Source: Amoebidium appalachense
Taxonomy: Eukaryota > Protista > Ichthyosporea
Assembly: GCA_963693365.1 (NCBI GenBank)
Contig: CAVNZM010000010.1
Location: 1,984,001-2,048,000, forward strand
Length of the DNA stretch: 64,000 nucleotides
Direction of reading: 5' to 3'
Shown here: positions 42,452-52,115 of the stretch, piece by piece
Position numbering within the stretch: the first letter of the stretch is position 1
Layout: each line of letters opens with the position of its first letter
Notes under the pieces: generated by a model
Databases searched by the model: none
What the model was told of the DNA's origin: nothing
The model's input: only the letters and a program-made list of their open reading frames with translations
Translations under genes and position numbers: made by a program

Positions 42452-42615
42452 TAGAGAGAGCAGCGACGGGGGACAAAAAGTGAGGGTGATTTAACCATCA
42501 CCCGCTTTTTATAGTACCCTAAAAAGCTGCTCCTGTGCCTATTGGGTGATCACTTCGATCTCCCAATATGGCACTACTAAGTTTAGAAAATCTGGATTTC
42601 CCAAATCAACGATTT
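42452..42615. repeat. Direct repeat A1 (5' terminus of the YR element)
   Basis: Highly similar to 40042-40216. Confidence 0.95.
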
Positions 42616-42651
42616 CCTGTAATTGATCCGATAAAGATAAGTGAAGCCCAA

Positions 42652-43234
42652 TCAAACCGAAGCAGATCGGCTGTGACGCAAAAAAAGAAAAGGAAAAAGG
42701 AGACACCGCCTCAGTAGGTGGTAGGTGTAGTTCGTGCTTGTGGGTAAACTTGGGCACCTAAACAGGGGCAAACAGTACGTGCGGACTTTGCGGCGTGCCA
42801 ACATCATGACCATGCGCGAGGGTGTGACAATCCCTTTCTCGGGCGCGAAGTGAGTGTCGGTGTCGACAATGGGTGCAAGTACCATGACCCGCCGGCGACA
42901 TTCCTCGACGGCTAGAACGTGCAAACGAAGAAAGGGGAAGAAGCATTGCCAAAGTAGGCACACCCACAAGAGACTGGCCAAGAGGCGCAGCTCGCGCAGC
43001 GACAGGGAGCGCAGGCGGCATCGGTACAGGGCGCAGTGGCGCACCAAGTACCTTGTGCTGCCTTCCCGGTTCTATGACGAAAGGCCGCGCGCGTCGCCAA
43101 GCACCCCGACAGCCAAGTATGATCCACCGGCACGCACCAGCTCGGGGACATCGAGGTGTGGCTACAACGTGGGCCCCGGCGAAACCGGCCGGCCGTGCAA
43201 AAACATCCATGACGTGGCCGATCCGGAGTTTTGA
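42652..43234. other. Probable degraded orphan ORF; strand unresolved
   Basis: Either a minus-strand gene starting at ATG 43210 with frameshifts into the 43047-42652 frame, or the very basic plus ORF 42854-43234. No recognisable motif. Confidence 0.35.
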
Positions 43235-43377
43235 TCTGAATCTAATCTGAATCGATGTCGCGCGATCCGATTGGCCGGCATGGGTTGATCGATCTGATTG
43301 GCTGGCATAAATGTTGGAATGCCCACTTCGATCCGAACTGCGCCTGTATGGCCAGTCCGATCTGAATTGAGTGCAAG

Positions 43378-44104
43378 ATGAAGATGCATGTCTATTGCCT
43401 GTTCATGCTTCTGCTTGGGCTCGTGCTGCTCCCCGTATGTGCCCAGAGACTGCCCCGCTATGGAACCGTGCTGTTTGCCTATGAGGGGATGGCCAACATA
43501 GACCGCCACCCCGATGTTGCGCATCTCGCACGCGGCCACATTGTGAGGGTGACGCATGCGACACCGGGCAAGGGTTGGACATCGGGGACATACATACCGG
43601 ACGGGTCAGGACTCGGGGTGTTTGTGCTTACGTGTGCGCACGGCCCCCCCACCAGGCACCCAGACCAGCTGGCCGTGGTGTTCCCGGACGGCACCGTATC
43701 CAACGCCGCCCCACTGTCCGATACAGGAGCGCCGAGCACGACTTTGCCGTCCTCCAATCCATGTACACACGTGGCATGCATGATGACCGCCTGTGCCGCT
43801 ACTACGCACCCCCCGGCTGCCCCTGGCATGTCCGTCGTTGCCATCGGGCTCCCTGCCGGGTACAGGGGCGTGCAGTTCACGGTGGGGACGCTCTTGGACG
43901 TGCAGGGGGTCACGCAGCAGAAGCTTGTGTTTACCGGAGCCGTTGACCGTGGGAATTCGGGGGGGGCACCTTGTGGACCTGCGTGGGTGTTTGATAGGCA
44001 TAGTCACAAGGCGCAGGTACCTCATGAATGGCAGGGAGACGGTGTTTATTGGGATAGCCGTGTCCATTCCGGTCGCCCTGGAGGCGGATGCGCACGGGTA
44101 TTAA
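43378..44104 (+). pseudogene. Secreted trypsin-like (HtrA/DegP-type domain) serine protease, one frameshift
   Basis: Signal-peptide-like N-terminus, VLTCAH, VVAIGLP, GNSGG; a frameshift in the G-run at ~43959-43967 continues as LVDLRGCLIGIV..* (44104). The expected catalytic Asp position reads His (THVA). Confidence 0.85.
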
Positions 44105-44132
44105 AGGGGCAACACGGGCCGTGGCCGTCACA

Positions 44133-44862
44133 ATGAACCTGATTGCGCGCCTGAAGCAGCACGAGCTGCCGTATCCGCAGGGCTCGCGGGCGTGGCTGAG
44201 AGAACGCTCCTGCATGCTCACTGCTTCCGACGTGGGTGCGGCTCTGGGGGTCAACCCATACGAGACACGCCAGGACCTCATACGGCACAAGGCGGCCTGG
44301 AGAGGCGCTGCGTGGACCCCGTCTTCGTGGCGTTCGGCCACAATTACGAGGATGAGGCGGCCGATGCGTACGCCCGGAGCACGGGCCGGTCATGTTTCTC
44401 CCTGGGGCTGGTGCGGCACCCCGTGCACCGGTGGTTGGGCGCCAGTCCGGACAGGGTGACGTTCTGCGGGCGCGTGGTAGAGATCAAGGTGCTCTACAGG
44501 TGCAGGTTCACGGAGGGCCAGGCGATACCGGGGCACTACCTGGCGCAGGTGCAGACGCAGCTGTTTGTCCTGGACCTGGACGTCGCGGATTTTGTGAAGT
44601 ACGACCCACGCGACGGCTCGCTGAGGGTGGACGAGGTTGTGCGGGATCCCAACTGGTGGTGGGCAACGGGCGCAGCCTAATGGCGTTTCAAGGGAAGGTG
44701 CTGGATGTGCGCGCCGGCCACGAGTTGCAAGCGTGCCGGGAGGAGGAGGAGGACCTAGCCAAGGCGACGTGCGTGGTGCTTTCCACGACCACACTCAAGG
44801 GCGCTTCTTGGCCTGCCTGTTCAGGAAGAACTGCAGGGCTGGCAGCGGCACAAAGACGATGA
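44133..44862 (+). pseudogene. YqaJ-like viral recombinase / lambda-type exonuclease, frameshifted
   Basis: PQGSRAWLRER..LTASDVGAALGVNPY, then (frameshift ~44300) FGHNYEDEA, HPVHRWLGASPD, VEIK, HYLAQVQTQL..DLDVADFV; the core ends at 44680, with a possible further frameshifted tail to 44862. Confidence 0.92.
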
Positions 44863-45028
44863 CGTAGGGATGGACGGCGAGGTAGACTAGCAGTAAGCAC
44901 CTGCTCAGCCAGTGCGCGTGCCCCTTGTGGTCCCCGCGAATGTGTTGCGATTCGCGCTGTTGTAGTGCGGGTGAAAACGGGTCGGAGGAGTGCATGGTGG
45001 TGTTTGTTGTAGAGCATATACAAATTGA

Positions 45029-45268
45029 ATGTCACGGAAGGCCGTCGCCACGCAGTGCTGCAAAAACAGCCGCGCGACTGCACGGTGCAGGGCAAAGAGG
45101 GCCCGGACAAAGAGGAAGCGAAAGGGCAAAAGGCTTCGAGGGCTGTGGGAGCCGGAATACCACCTGCGAGACTACACTTGGGGTTTGCCACTTAAAGCGG
45201 CCACGGCTGGACCAGGTGGGGAGACGGTGACCACGACATATCCATTGCGAATGGTCAGCATGTTGTGA
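45029..45268 (+). CDS. Small basic hypothetical protein in the viral cassette
   Basis: 79-aa Arg/Lys-rich ORF with ATG, followed by aataaa; no homology recognised. Confidence 0.3.
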   Translation: MSRKAVATQCCKNSRATARCRAKRARTKRKRKGKRLRGLWEPEYHLRDYTWGLPLKAATAGPGGETVTTTYPLRMVSML

Positions 45269-45320
45269 CCTTGCGTTTATTTGAATAAAACAGAGCCCTG
45301 CCAGAGGGAACCTCACACCT

Positions 45321-45737
45321 CTATTCATCGTCTACAACGGACTCGGTTTCGATGTAGTTGTCCATGTCGATGTGCTTGAGAGACTGTTTGGTGGCCACTT
45401 CTTCCTCGGGGACGGCAGAGAGAAATGCCAAGAGGTCGTTCGCCTGCTTGGTGTCCTTGAAGTACACCTTGAACTGCTTTCGCAGGTAGTTCTCGCTCAG
45501 CCAGGGCTTCTTGACGGCCTTGTGAAGAATCAACAGGTCCTTGGTGGGCAGTTCCAGCGACCGCACGTTTTTGGTGGACATGTACTTGAGGATGGCTTTC
45601 TTTATTGTATTGAGTTTTCGGCTTATGGGTTTGGTTTGTGCACTCTGCTCCTTCAGCTGGCTGTGGAGCGTGGTGTTATCCCGTAGCACCCCTTTCAAGC
45701 CGTCAATAGAGGATATTTCCATACCAGGACGACCCAT
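45321..45737 (-). CDS. DUF5760-like NCLDV hypothetical protein
   Basis: Intact ~135-aa ORF: N-terminal coiled coil, ILKYM..NV..LEL, KKPWLSENYL..YFKD..ANDLLAFL..EE..SLK pattern that I recall from this giant-virus family; needs HMM confirmation. Confidence 0.75.
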   Translation of the reverse strand: MGRPGMEISSIDGLKGVLRDNTTLHSQLKEQSAQTKPISRKLNTIKKAILKYMSTKNVRSLELPTKDLLILHKAVKKPWLSENYLRKQFKVYFKDTKQANDLLAFLSAVPEEEVATKQSLKHIDMDNYIETESVVDDE

Positions 45738-45776
45738 TAACAGTGGAACAGAAAATAAATCACAGCCATAAACTTT

Positions 45777-45974
45777 TTACCCGTCGCCGAAATCAATGTG
45801 CCGGTAGGGCGTGTTGTGGAGATACAGCAAATCCGCGCGCGTCGCCTCATCCGGCAGGGCACTGTCCGCCACGCGCGCACGCGTGTTCAGCAGCAGCAGC
45901 AGCGCAAATATGTGCTTGAAAAACGGCAGGCGCAGCTCGTCGGCTGGGAGGCTCGTGGAGGGTTTGTTAAACGC
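45777..45974 (-). pseudogene. 5'-truncated orphan ORF at the edge of the viral cassette
   Basis: Open frame ..SLPADELRLPFFKHIFALLLLLNTRARVADSALPDEATRADLLYLHNTPYRHIDFGDG* with GC3-rich codons and no start codon; not in the ORF track. Confidence 0.5.
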
Positions 45975-46026
45975 TCAACGTTCAAGCTTGTGTGCGTGTT
46001 TTTTTTTTCAATTTCAGTTTTTCTTG

Positions 46027-46058
<32 letters not shown>

Positions 46059-47249
46059 TGGGTGCGCGGGTGCGTGCGTGCATGTGTACGTGCGTGCGTG
46101 CGTGCATGCGTGCGTGCGTGCGTGCGTACGTGCGTGCGTGCGTGCGTGCGTGCGCGTTTGTGTGCGGTGCGTGCCCGAGTGCCTTGCGTGTGCGTACGCA
46201 TGTACGCGCTCGTTTCGGGCAGGGGTTTTGTGCGTACATGCTTCCGGGCGTGCGTGTCCTCGCACAGGCGCGCCCCGCGGCGTGCACGTGTGGTGAGTGT
46301 CTCTCTGTGTGTACATGCACATGTGGGGGTGTTTGTGTTTGTTGCCATGGGTGGGTGGGTGTCTGAATCAGTCTGATGCGCCGCGCGCGCGTGCGTATGT
46401 GTGTGTGTCTACGATGATTCGTTCGCTCGTTTCTCTTTCTGGGGTCCCCCTCCCCCTCCTTAATCCTTTTTTTTTTGCCCCGGCACTTCTTTTTCATGTC
46501 TATTATTAGGGGTCTAACTGTGTACGCTCCTGTTCCTACAGTAGTATTTTCGAATTCTGAGTCTCAGAGGAGTGCAAAACAGCTAACCAATCAATAGGTG
46601 GTCTAATGACCCATATTGGGTAACTTACTCAAGGTTTTGGCAGGGTTCGAATTTTAGTTTCGAATTATTGGAGGGGCCAACTGGTTCTTTGGTAATCGCC
46701 AAAAAATCTTTTTTTAATTTTTTTATTGACTTTATTGATGTGCTTTCGATCGTCCCCCCCCCCCCCCCCCCTCTCCCCCCCCCCCCCCCCCCTCCCCCCC
46801 TCCCTCCCTCCCTCCCTCCCTCCCTCCCTCCCCGGAAGTCGCTGTGTGAAGTTTTTTTGGGCGAAGAGTGCGCAGATCTGTGCTCTGAGTTAGTGGCCGG
46901 GTGCCAGGCCTAGGATCCGGAAGTGGGTGATCACGGGGCCGGCCGGGGAGGGAGCTCGAGGGGCCTGGAAGGCCCGATCCAGATAGGCAGGGGGGGGGGG
47001 GGGGGGGGGGGGGGGGGGAGGGGGGCCGCGGGTGGGGGGGGGGGGGGGGGGGAGGGGGAGGGGGGGGGGGGGGGGTACACGTGCACGCATCAGGTGGGAT
47101 GGTGTGACCCTAGGGCGAGTCCCGCGGTCGGGCGCCAGCCCTTGGAGAATTAATTTTGTATGTTTTCGCACTCAAATCGATGATTTTGGGATTTCTCGAC
47201 ACCGTGCTGTTTTAAAACACGAGCACATGCATAAGTAGGGGCTGCAGCT

Positions 47250-47334
<85 letters not shown>

Positions 47335-47359
47335 CGTGTGTGTGTGTGTGTGTGTGTGT

Positions 47360-47390
<31 letters not shown>

Positions 47391-47642
47391 GCGGGCTGTA
47401 CCATTCCCTTGGACGATCTTTGGGAAATCGTTCAAAAAGCCAAACGTTTTTGGTAATATCGAACTCTGGATTTTGGCGCGAAACCGGCGAATGTCTATTG
47501 AGTCGCACACATCGATTCAGTCGCACACATCGATTCAAATGTCGCTCTTTATTATCTGCTAATAAATAGTATCCTTCGCGCATCCACCCCTAAACCAGGC
47601 CATCCGTGGCCCTAAGGGCCGGGGAACACCCCCATCCATGTC

Positions 47643-48827
47643 ATGGCACATGCCTATAATCGTTTCAGAACCTCTTTCAAAGTTCCATCTACACCCATCA
47701 CACATGTGCGACCATTAAAACGTCCAGCAGATACACCTACCACAGATGCACAACCAGAAAAACATCGCCTTAGACTAAGCGCAACACCTATTTACAATAC
47801 ACTACCCATTCAGAATAACACCACACCACTCCGTAGAAACACAATAACAACCATGCCGAAACTTTCGGTTGATACAGTACTGGCAGAACTTGCCCTCGTT
47901 AAGAAACAGCTAAATGAGCTGTTACCACTCAAGAACATGATAGAAAAACTCCAAACAGAAAATACCCAACTCAAGCTCACCATTGATTCACTCACAGCCC
48001 AGCTAAACATTAGTGGATCGCAAAACCCCAAAACTCATGAGCAAACATCTCGCGACGGAGACATTTCCACCCCAACACAAAACAACACAGGACCGGAAGC
48101 ACAGCTCCCGGCAGAGTTCCTAGAATATGCGAACTCTCGTAAAACACCCGAGCTCCGCCAAATTGCCAAGGAAACATATGCCAGCATTCTTGCAGGCAAC
48201 GAGTACCGCCGCAACTCCCCTCCCAAACCGCCGGCTAAGGGGAACACCCAAGCAAACGGTAACATCAACATCCCACCCAAATACGAGAGGGTGTATTTCA
48301 AAGTCAAGCACGGCAGACGCCCACACAGGGCCATGTGGTCCATCTTCAAGGCTCTCGGCTTCCGGTGCTCTCGCATCCTTTGTCTGTCCTTCATTGGATA
48401 CGATGTGCTGGAAGTAGCAGTACGGGGCGACTATAACCGTGCGTTCATCCGTGACGCGACAAAGGGGTGTGGAAGCTTCTTCACCCACCTCCCAAGCTAC
48501 GACCCATGCGCGCCGGAAAACATTCAGAAAGCAGACAAAGAACGTAAAGTGTCTGCTAAGAATGCGTGCGCCACACGTTGTCGTGTACGCATCAGCAAGG
48601 CAAAAGAGTTCCTCGCAAAGTTGGAAAACGATGCTACGAGCGTGATAGACACGGACACGAAGGAACCAATGTTTTCTGGTGAGAAACTGCTCGAGCGCAA
48701 ACGCCGATGCGAGATGGAAATCGAGCTCTTCTGCGAACTGTTCGCGCTGGCGGAAGGTCGTGCATACGACCCCGTAAGCGACAAGTGGGAACCAACCCCA
48801 CAGGTGTCGGACCAAACCGATGCCTAA
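47643..48827 (+). CDS. LINE ORF1 protein
   Basis: 394 aa with a coiled coil (LAELALVKKQLNELL..IEKLQTENTQLK) and TYASIL motif; the stop overlaps the ORF2 start. Confidence 0.85.
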   Translation: MAHAYNRFRTSFKVPSTPITHVRPLKRPADTPTTDAQPEKHRLRLSATPIYNTLPIQNNTTPLRRNTITTMPKLSVDTVLAELALVKKQLNELLPLKNMIEKLQTENTQLKLTIDSLTAQLNISGSQNPKTHEQTSRDGDISTPTQNNTGPEAQLPAEFLEYANSRKTPELRQIAKETYASILAGNEYRRNSPPKPPAKGNTQANGNINIPPKYERVYFKVKHGRRPHRAMWSIFKALGFRCSRILCLSFIGYDVLEVAVRGDYNRAFIRDATKGCGSFFTHLPSYDPCAPENIQKADKERKVSAKNACATRCRVRISKAKEFLAKLENDATSVIDTDTKEPMFSGEKLLERKRRCEMEIELFCELFALAEGRAYDPVSDKWEPTPQVSDQTDA

Positions 48828-49599
48828 TTTATCCTTCTTCTTCTGGAATGCTCGGACACTGGGCCCCCAAAAGGGCCTCCCCCCCGGGACACTCGACGAT
48901 AAAATCAGCTACATACAACAACAGACAAACAACCACATGTTTACAGTGATTTGCGAAACACAGTTTAAAAACCACCACAAATTCAACTCTACATTGGTCG
49001 ACACATCCACACACCCCGGTTACGCAAAAAACCGAGGCATTATTGTACTTGCCGCACCACACGTGAGAGTGAAGTGCAAACCGGTAGCAAAAACGGAATT
49101 CTCGGTTTCTATAGAGTTTCTTTCTAATGTTTTTACTTTTGTATATTACCCACCATCTATGTCGGTTGTCGAATTGACTCACGAGTTGTCACAGTTACCA
49201 ATGTCCACTGTTATTTTAGGTGATTTTAACACGCGACTCCACCACACAGACACACTGCAAGTGAGTGTCGGGTACCCATCTAAGCCCCCGGAGCGTGCTA
49301 TCCCTTTAGCAAGGTATGTCCAAAGTCACACTTTGCGGTTCCCTCAAATATCCCATGCCCACAACACCGACTGGGGAGTGGCCTTTTGGCCATCAACCAT
49401 GTCAAAACTCTCTCTCCCTCCTAACCTCTCTAGGTCATCTGACCACTCTCCTATCCTTTTCCTACCTAAGATCTCCCTTGATCTGCTCCCCCCTCCCCCT
49501 CCCACCTTTCGCCTCCGTCTATCCCAGCTTAAGTCACAGTGGGGTAAGATGTATGTGTATGCTATGCTACGAAACACCCTATATATATGCGCCTATTAG
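48820..49599 (+). CDS. LINE ORF2 N-terminal part: AP-like endonuclease
   Basis: WNARTL, ICETQ, VYYPP, ILGDFN, SDHSPI motifs. Confidence 0.9.
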   Translation: MPNLSFFFWNARTLGPQKGLPPGTLDDKISYIQQQTNNHMFTVICETQFKNHHKFNSTLVDTSTHPGYAKNRGIIVLAAPHVRVKCKPVAKTEFSVSIEFLSNVFTFVYYPPSMSVVELTHELSQLPMSTVILGDFNTRLHHTDTLQVSVGYPSKPPERAIPLARYVQSHTLRFPQISHAHNTDWGVAFWPSTMSKLSLPPNLSRSSDHSPILFLPKISLDLLPPPPPTFRLRLSQLKSQWGKMYVYAMLRNTLYICAY

Positions 49600-52010
49600 A
49601 ATCTGCACAAGCCAGGCCAGATTCACATCTCGTACTAGATACATGCACTAACTTTATTGTTGATGATTTGATAGATCTCGGTGATTATGCTGGCGGTGGT
49701 AGGAAGGAATATCCCGATGCTCTCTTGTTACCAAACACCACTCCCGCTAGACTAGGTGAACCCCTGTCTCAAAAGGAAAGCTTGCGCCGGCTTGCTAGTA
49801 TGAATCGATTTGGCCCCCCTGCTCGTATTATTGGTGATACCACTGGAGACCCCCTCATAGACTCTGATAAGTATTTCTCGGAACTGTTTAAAGATAGGAC
49901 CCCCGCTCAGAAACCTATTGTGTGGCCTGTAGACCCATCTATCCCCATAGAATCGATCCTCCCCTTTTTCAGTCCCGATGCCATATGGTCTGTGATATCT
50001 AGTTATAGCTCTAGTAAGTCTTGTGGACCTGATGGACTCCCTGCTGGGTTTCTTAAAATCCTTGTTCCCTCCTACCCACAAAAGGAAAGTGATCGTGCTA
50101 TTAAACCTGATCTTACTATCATGTTAAGCTCTCTCTTTTCTTGGTGTGTTAAATGTGGACATGTCCCGTCATCTTGGTTAGATACCTTAGTGATCCCCAT
50201 AGTTAAGAAGGACTCTGAGGGCCCCATATCATCCTTTCGCCCCATTACACTAACCCAGGTTGTTCGTAGATTCTTTGAAGCTTGCTTACTTAGGTTATTT
50301 GCACATCACCCTAGGTTTCAATCTATTCTTCACATACACCCATGCCAATCCGCTTTTCGTAAAAACAATTCATGTTATGTTCAAATAATGGCACTGCACG
50401 ATTCTATGCAAGTTGGTGCACAATATGTTGGCTTTATTGATTGGAAAACTGCTTACGATTCTGTCTCCCCTGGTCTCCTATGGGAAAAGCTTGCTGCACG
50501 GGGTGTACCACACTGCATTGGTGTTCTGTTAGAAGCACTCTTGTCTCAAACCTATGGTAGAGCTGTGGTTAATGGGCATCTTTCATATGGTTTTGCTCGT
50601 ACTAGAGGTCTCTTGCAGGGTTCATTGCTTAGCCCCTTTTTGTTTAACCTATTTATAGATGATTTGGCTGTCAAGATTTACGCCGAAAACGATGACCCTA
50701 TTAATAACTTTCCGCCTGCACTTCTCTATGCTGATGATCTGTCCCTCCTTGCCCGTACCCCTAGACGCCTGCAAAGATTGTTCGATGTAGTGTCAGAGTG
50801 GTGCAAGGCAAACCTTATGATCCTTAACATAGACAAATGTGGTGTTCTTGTACCTGATATAGCTAACAATTTACACACATTTACATTATCATCTAAACCT
50901 GTACCTATAGTTCCAGAATACAAATATCTTGGTGTTCCGGTTGATTCTGTTGGTGTTATGTTTCCCCATATGGTCGAAAAGAGGGTAGAGTTGGCTCGTA
51001 AGCGGTTAGCTTTCTTCTCGGCTAATATTTTTAAAGACACACCCCTCCATCCTTCTATTAGACTTACATTTATTCGCACTTTTGTCTTCCCGGCATGTGA
51101 ATATGGTTTACCCCTTCTCGCCGCTTGGATCAAGAAAGAGAGAACTAGAGCGCTTAAACCCTTGGCAAATTTCCTTGAAGCAGAAGTTGCCTCCTTTCTA
51201 TCTAACAACTGTTGTAAACCTGGGCCTGTAACGCTCTCGATATATGGTCTGGTCCCAATAGCTGCTAGAGTATCCTATCTCGCGCTGAAATTCAATAAGC
51301 ACATAAGCCGCTTAAAGAAGTATTTGCCCTCCCACCCTCTCTTCTCTATCCGACCTGTCCCCTCCTCACCTCTCCCCTCTTTCCTCCCCTCTCTCTCCCC
51401 TTCTCCCCTGGGCACAAATACAAATAAACCCCGCAATAGTGTGTGTGTGACTTTGGACTGCCACTTACTTATTAAACATGTACACAATCACAAGATAATC
51501 ACGCAATATAACAAATGGAAAAAGATACCACACGACACTAGACCCGATGAAAGCATACACCTTGAAAAACTAAGCCTTATGTCTCGTTTTATATATACTG
51601 ACCGCCTCAACCATATTGCCAAATATGGCACTCGCAAGTGTATAACACCTAAATACATATTACCTTCCTGTAGAACTGGTCTTTCTCTAGCTGATGGTAT
51701 TATTGATCAATTACCACGCTTTTACTGTACACGTGCTATACAGTGGAGATCTAATAAGTATAAGGTGGCATCATTTGCATGCCCAAACAACACACACACA
51801 CACCAGTTTAACCGGTCATGTATCGCCAAATGTAGTTTGATAGACCACATAATACCGCAACACACACACGTCACATTCACAACAGACACCCAGAAAGATA
51901 GCCTACCTGTAAATTACAACATCCTTGATTTTATACTAAACACGCGTAACTACGACCTGTTTATTAGATGTATTGATTGGCTTGAGAAACACATCACTAC
52001 AAAATTATAG
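49587..52010 (+). CDS. LINE ORF2 C-terminal part: reverse transcriptase and Cys-rich tail
   Basis: KSCGPDG, FRPITL, QSAFR, IDWKTAYDSV, GLLQGSLLSPFLF, YADD, YKYLG. Confidence 0.97.
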   Translation: MRLLESAQARPDSHLVLDTCTNFIVDDLIDLGDYAGGGRKEYPDALLLPNTTPARLGEPLSQKESLRRLASMNRFGPPARIIGDTTGDPLIDSDKYFSELFKDRTPAQKPIVWPVDPSIPIESILPFFSPDAIWSVISSYSSSKSCGPDGLPAGFLKILVPSYPQKESDRAIKPDLTIMLSSLFSWCVKCGHVPSSWLDTLVIPIVKKDSEGPISSFRPITLTQVVRRFFEACLLRLFAHHPRFQSILHIHPCQSAFRKNNSCYVQIMALHDSMQVGAQYVGFIDWKTAYDSVSPGLLWEKLAARGVPHCIGVLLEALLSQTYGRAVVNGHLSYGFARTRGLLQGSLLSPFLFNLFIDDLAVKIYAENDDPINNFPPALLYADDLSLLARTPRRLQRLFDVVSEWCKANLMILNIDKCGVLVPDIANNLHTFTLSSKPVPIVPEYKYLGVPVDSVGVMFPHMVEKRVELARKRLAFFSANIFKDTPLHPSIRLTFIRTFVFPACEYGLPLLAAWIKKERTRALKPLANFLEAEVASFLSNNCCKPGPVTLSIYGLVPIAARVSYLALKFNKHISRLKKYLPSHPLFSIRPVPSSPLPSFLPSLSPSPLGTNTNKPRNSVCVTLDCHLLIKHVHNHKIITQYNKWKKIPHDTRPDESIHLEKLSLMSRFIYTDRLNHIAKYGTRKCITPKYILPSCRTGLSLADGIIDQLPRFYCTRAIQWRSNKYKVASFACPNNTHTHQFNRSCIAKCSLIDHIIPQHTHVTFTTDTQKDSLPVNYNILDFILNTRNYDLFIRCIDWLEKHITTKL

Positions 52011-52030
52011 CGCACGCGCACACACACACA

Positions 52031-52083
<53 letters not shown>

Positions 52084-52115
52084 CCAGCTGATACCGAGTG
52101 TCCCGAGGGGAGCCC

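Larger units (their letters stand above)
39724..42615 (-). mobile_element. Tyrosine-recombinase (DIRS-order, Ngaro/PAT-like) element with split direct repeats, lacking RT/RNase H
   Basis: Repeat A at 42452-42615 and 40042-40216; repeat B (attttcaacttaggttgct) at 40213-40231 and 39724-39742; minus-strand order A1-gag-YR-B1-A2-spacer-B2; no TSD; both ends share attt. Confidence 0.8.
42620..45990. mobile_element. Endogenous giant-virus (Nucleocytoviricota-like) fragment
   Basis: Gene-dense, intronless, microsatellite-free and GC/CpG-rich compared with the flanks; carries YqaJ and DUF5760-like genes plus a protease and short orphan ORFs. Confidence 0.75.

Noticed and set aside
39724-42615. LTR retrotransposon or Crypton interpretation
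   Set aside because: No TG..CA ends, TSD or DDE integrase; split repeats plus a second ORF do not fit a simple Crypton, although a YR phylogeny is still needed.
47499-47538. Tandem agtcgcacacatcgattca duplication upstream of the LINE
   Set aside because: Two copies only, outside the TSD; possibly a fragment of another transposon but no ends could be defined.
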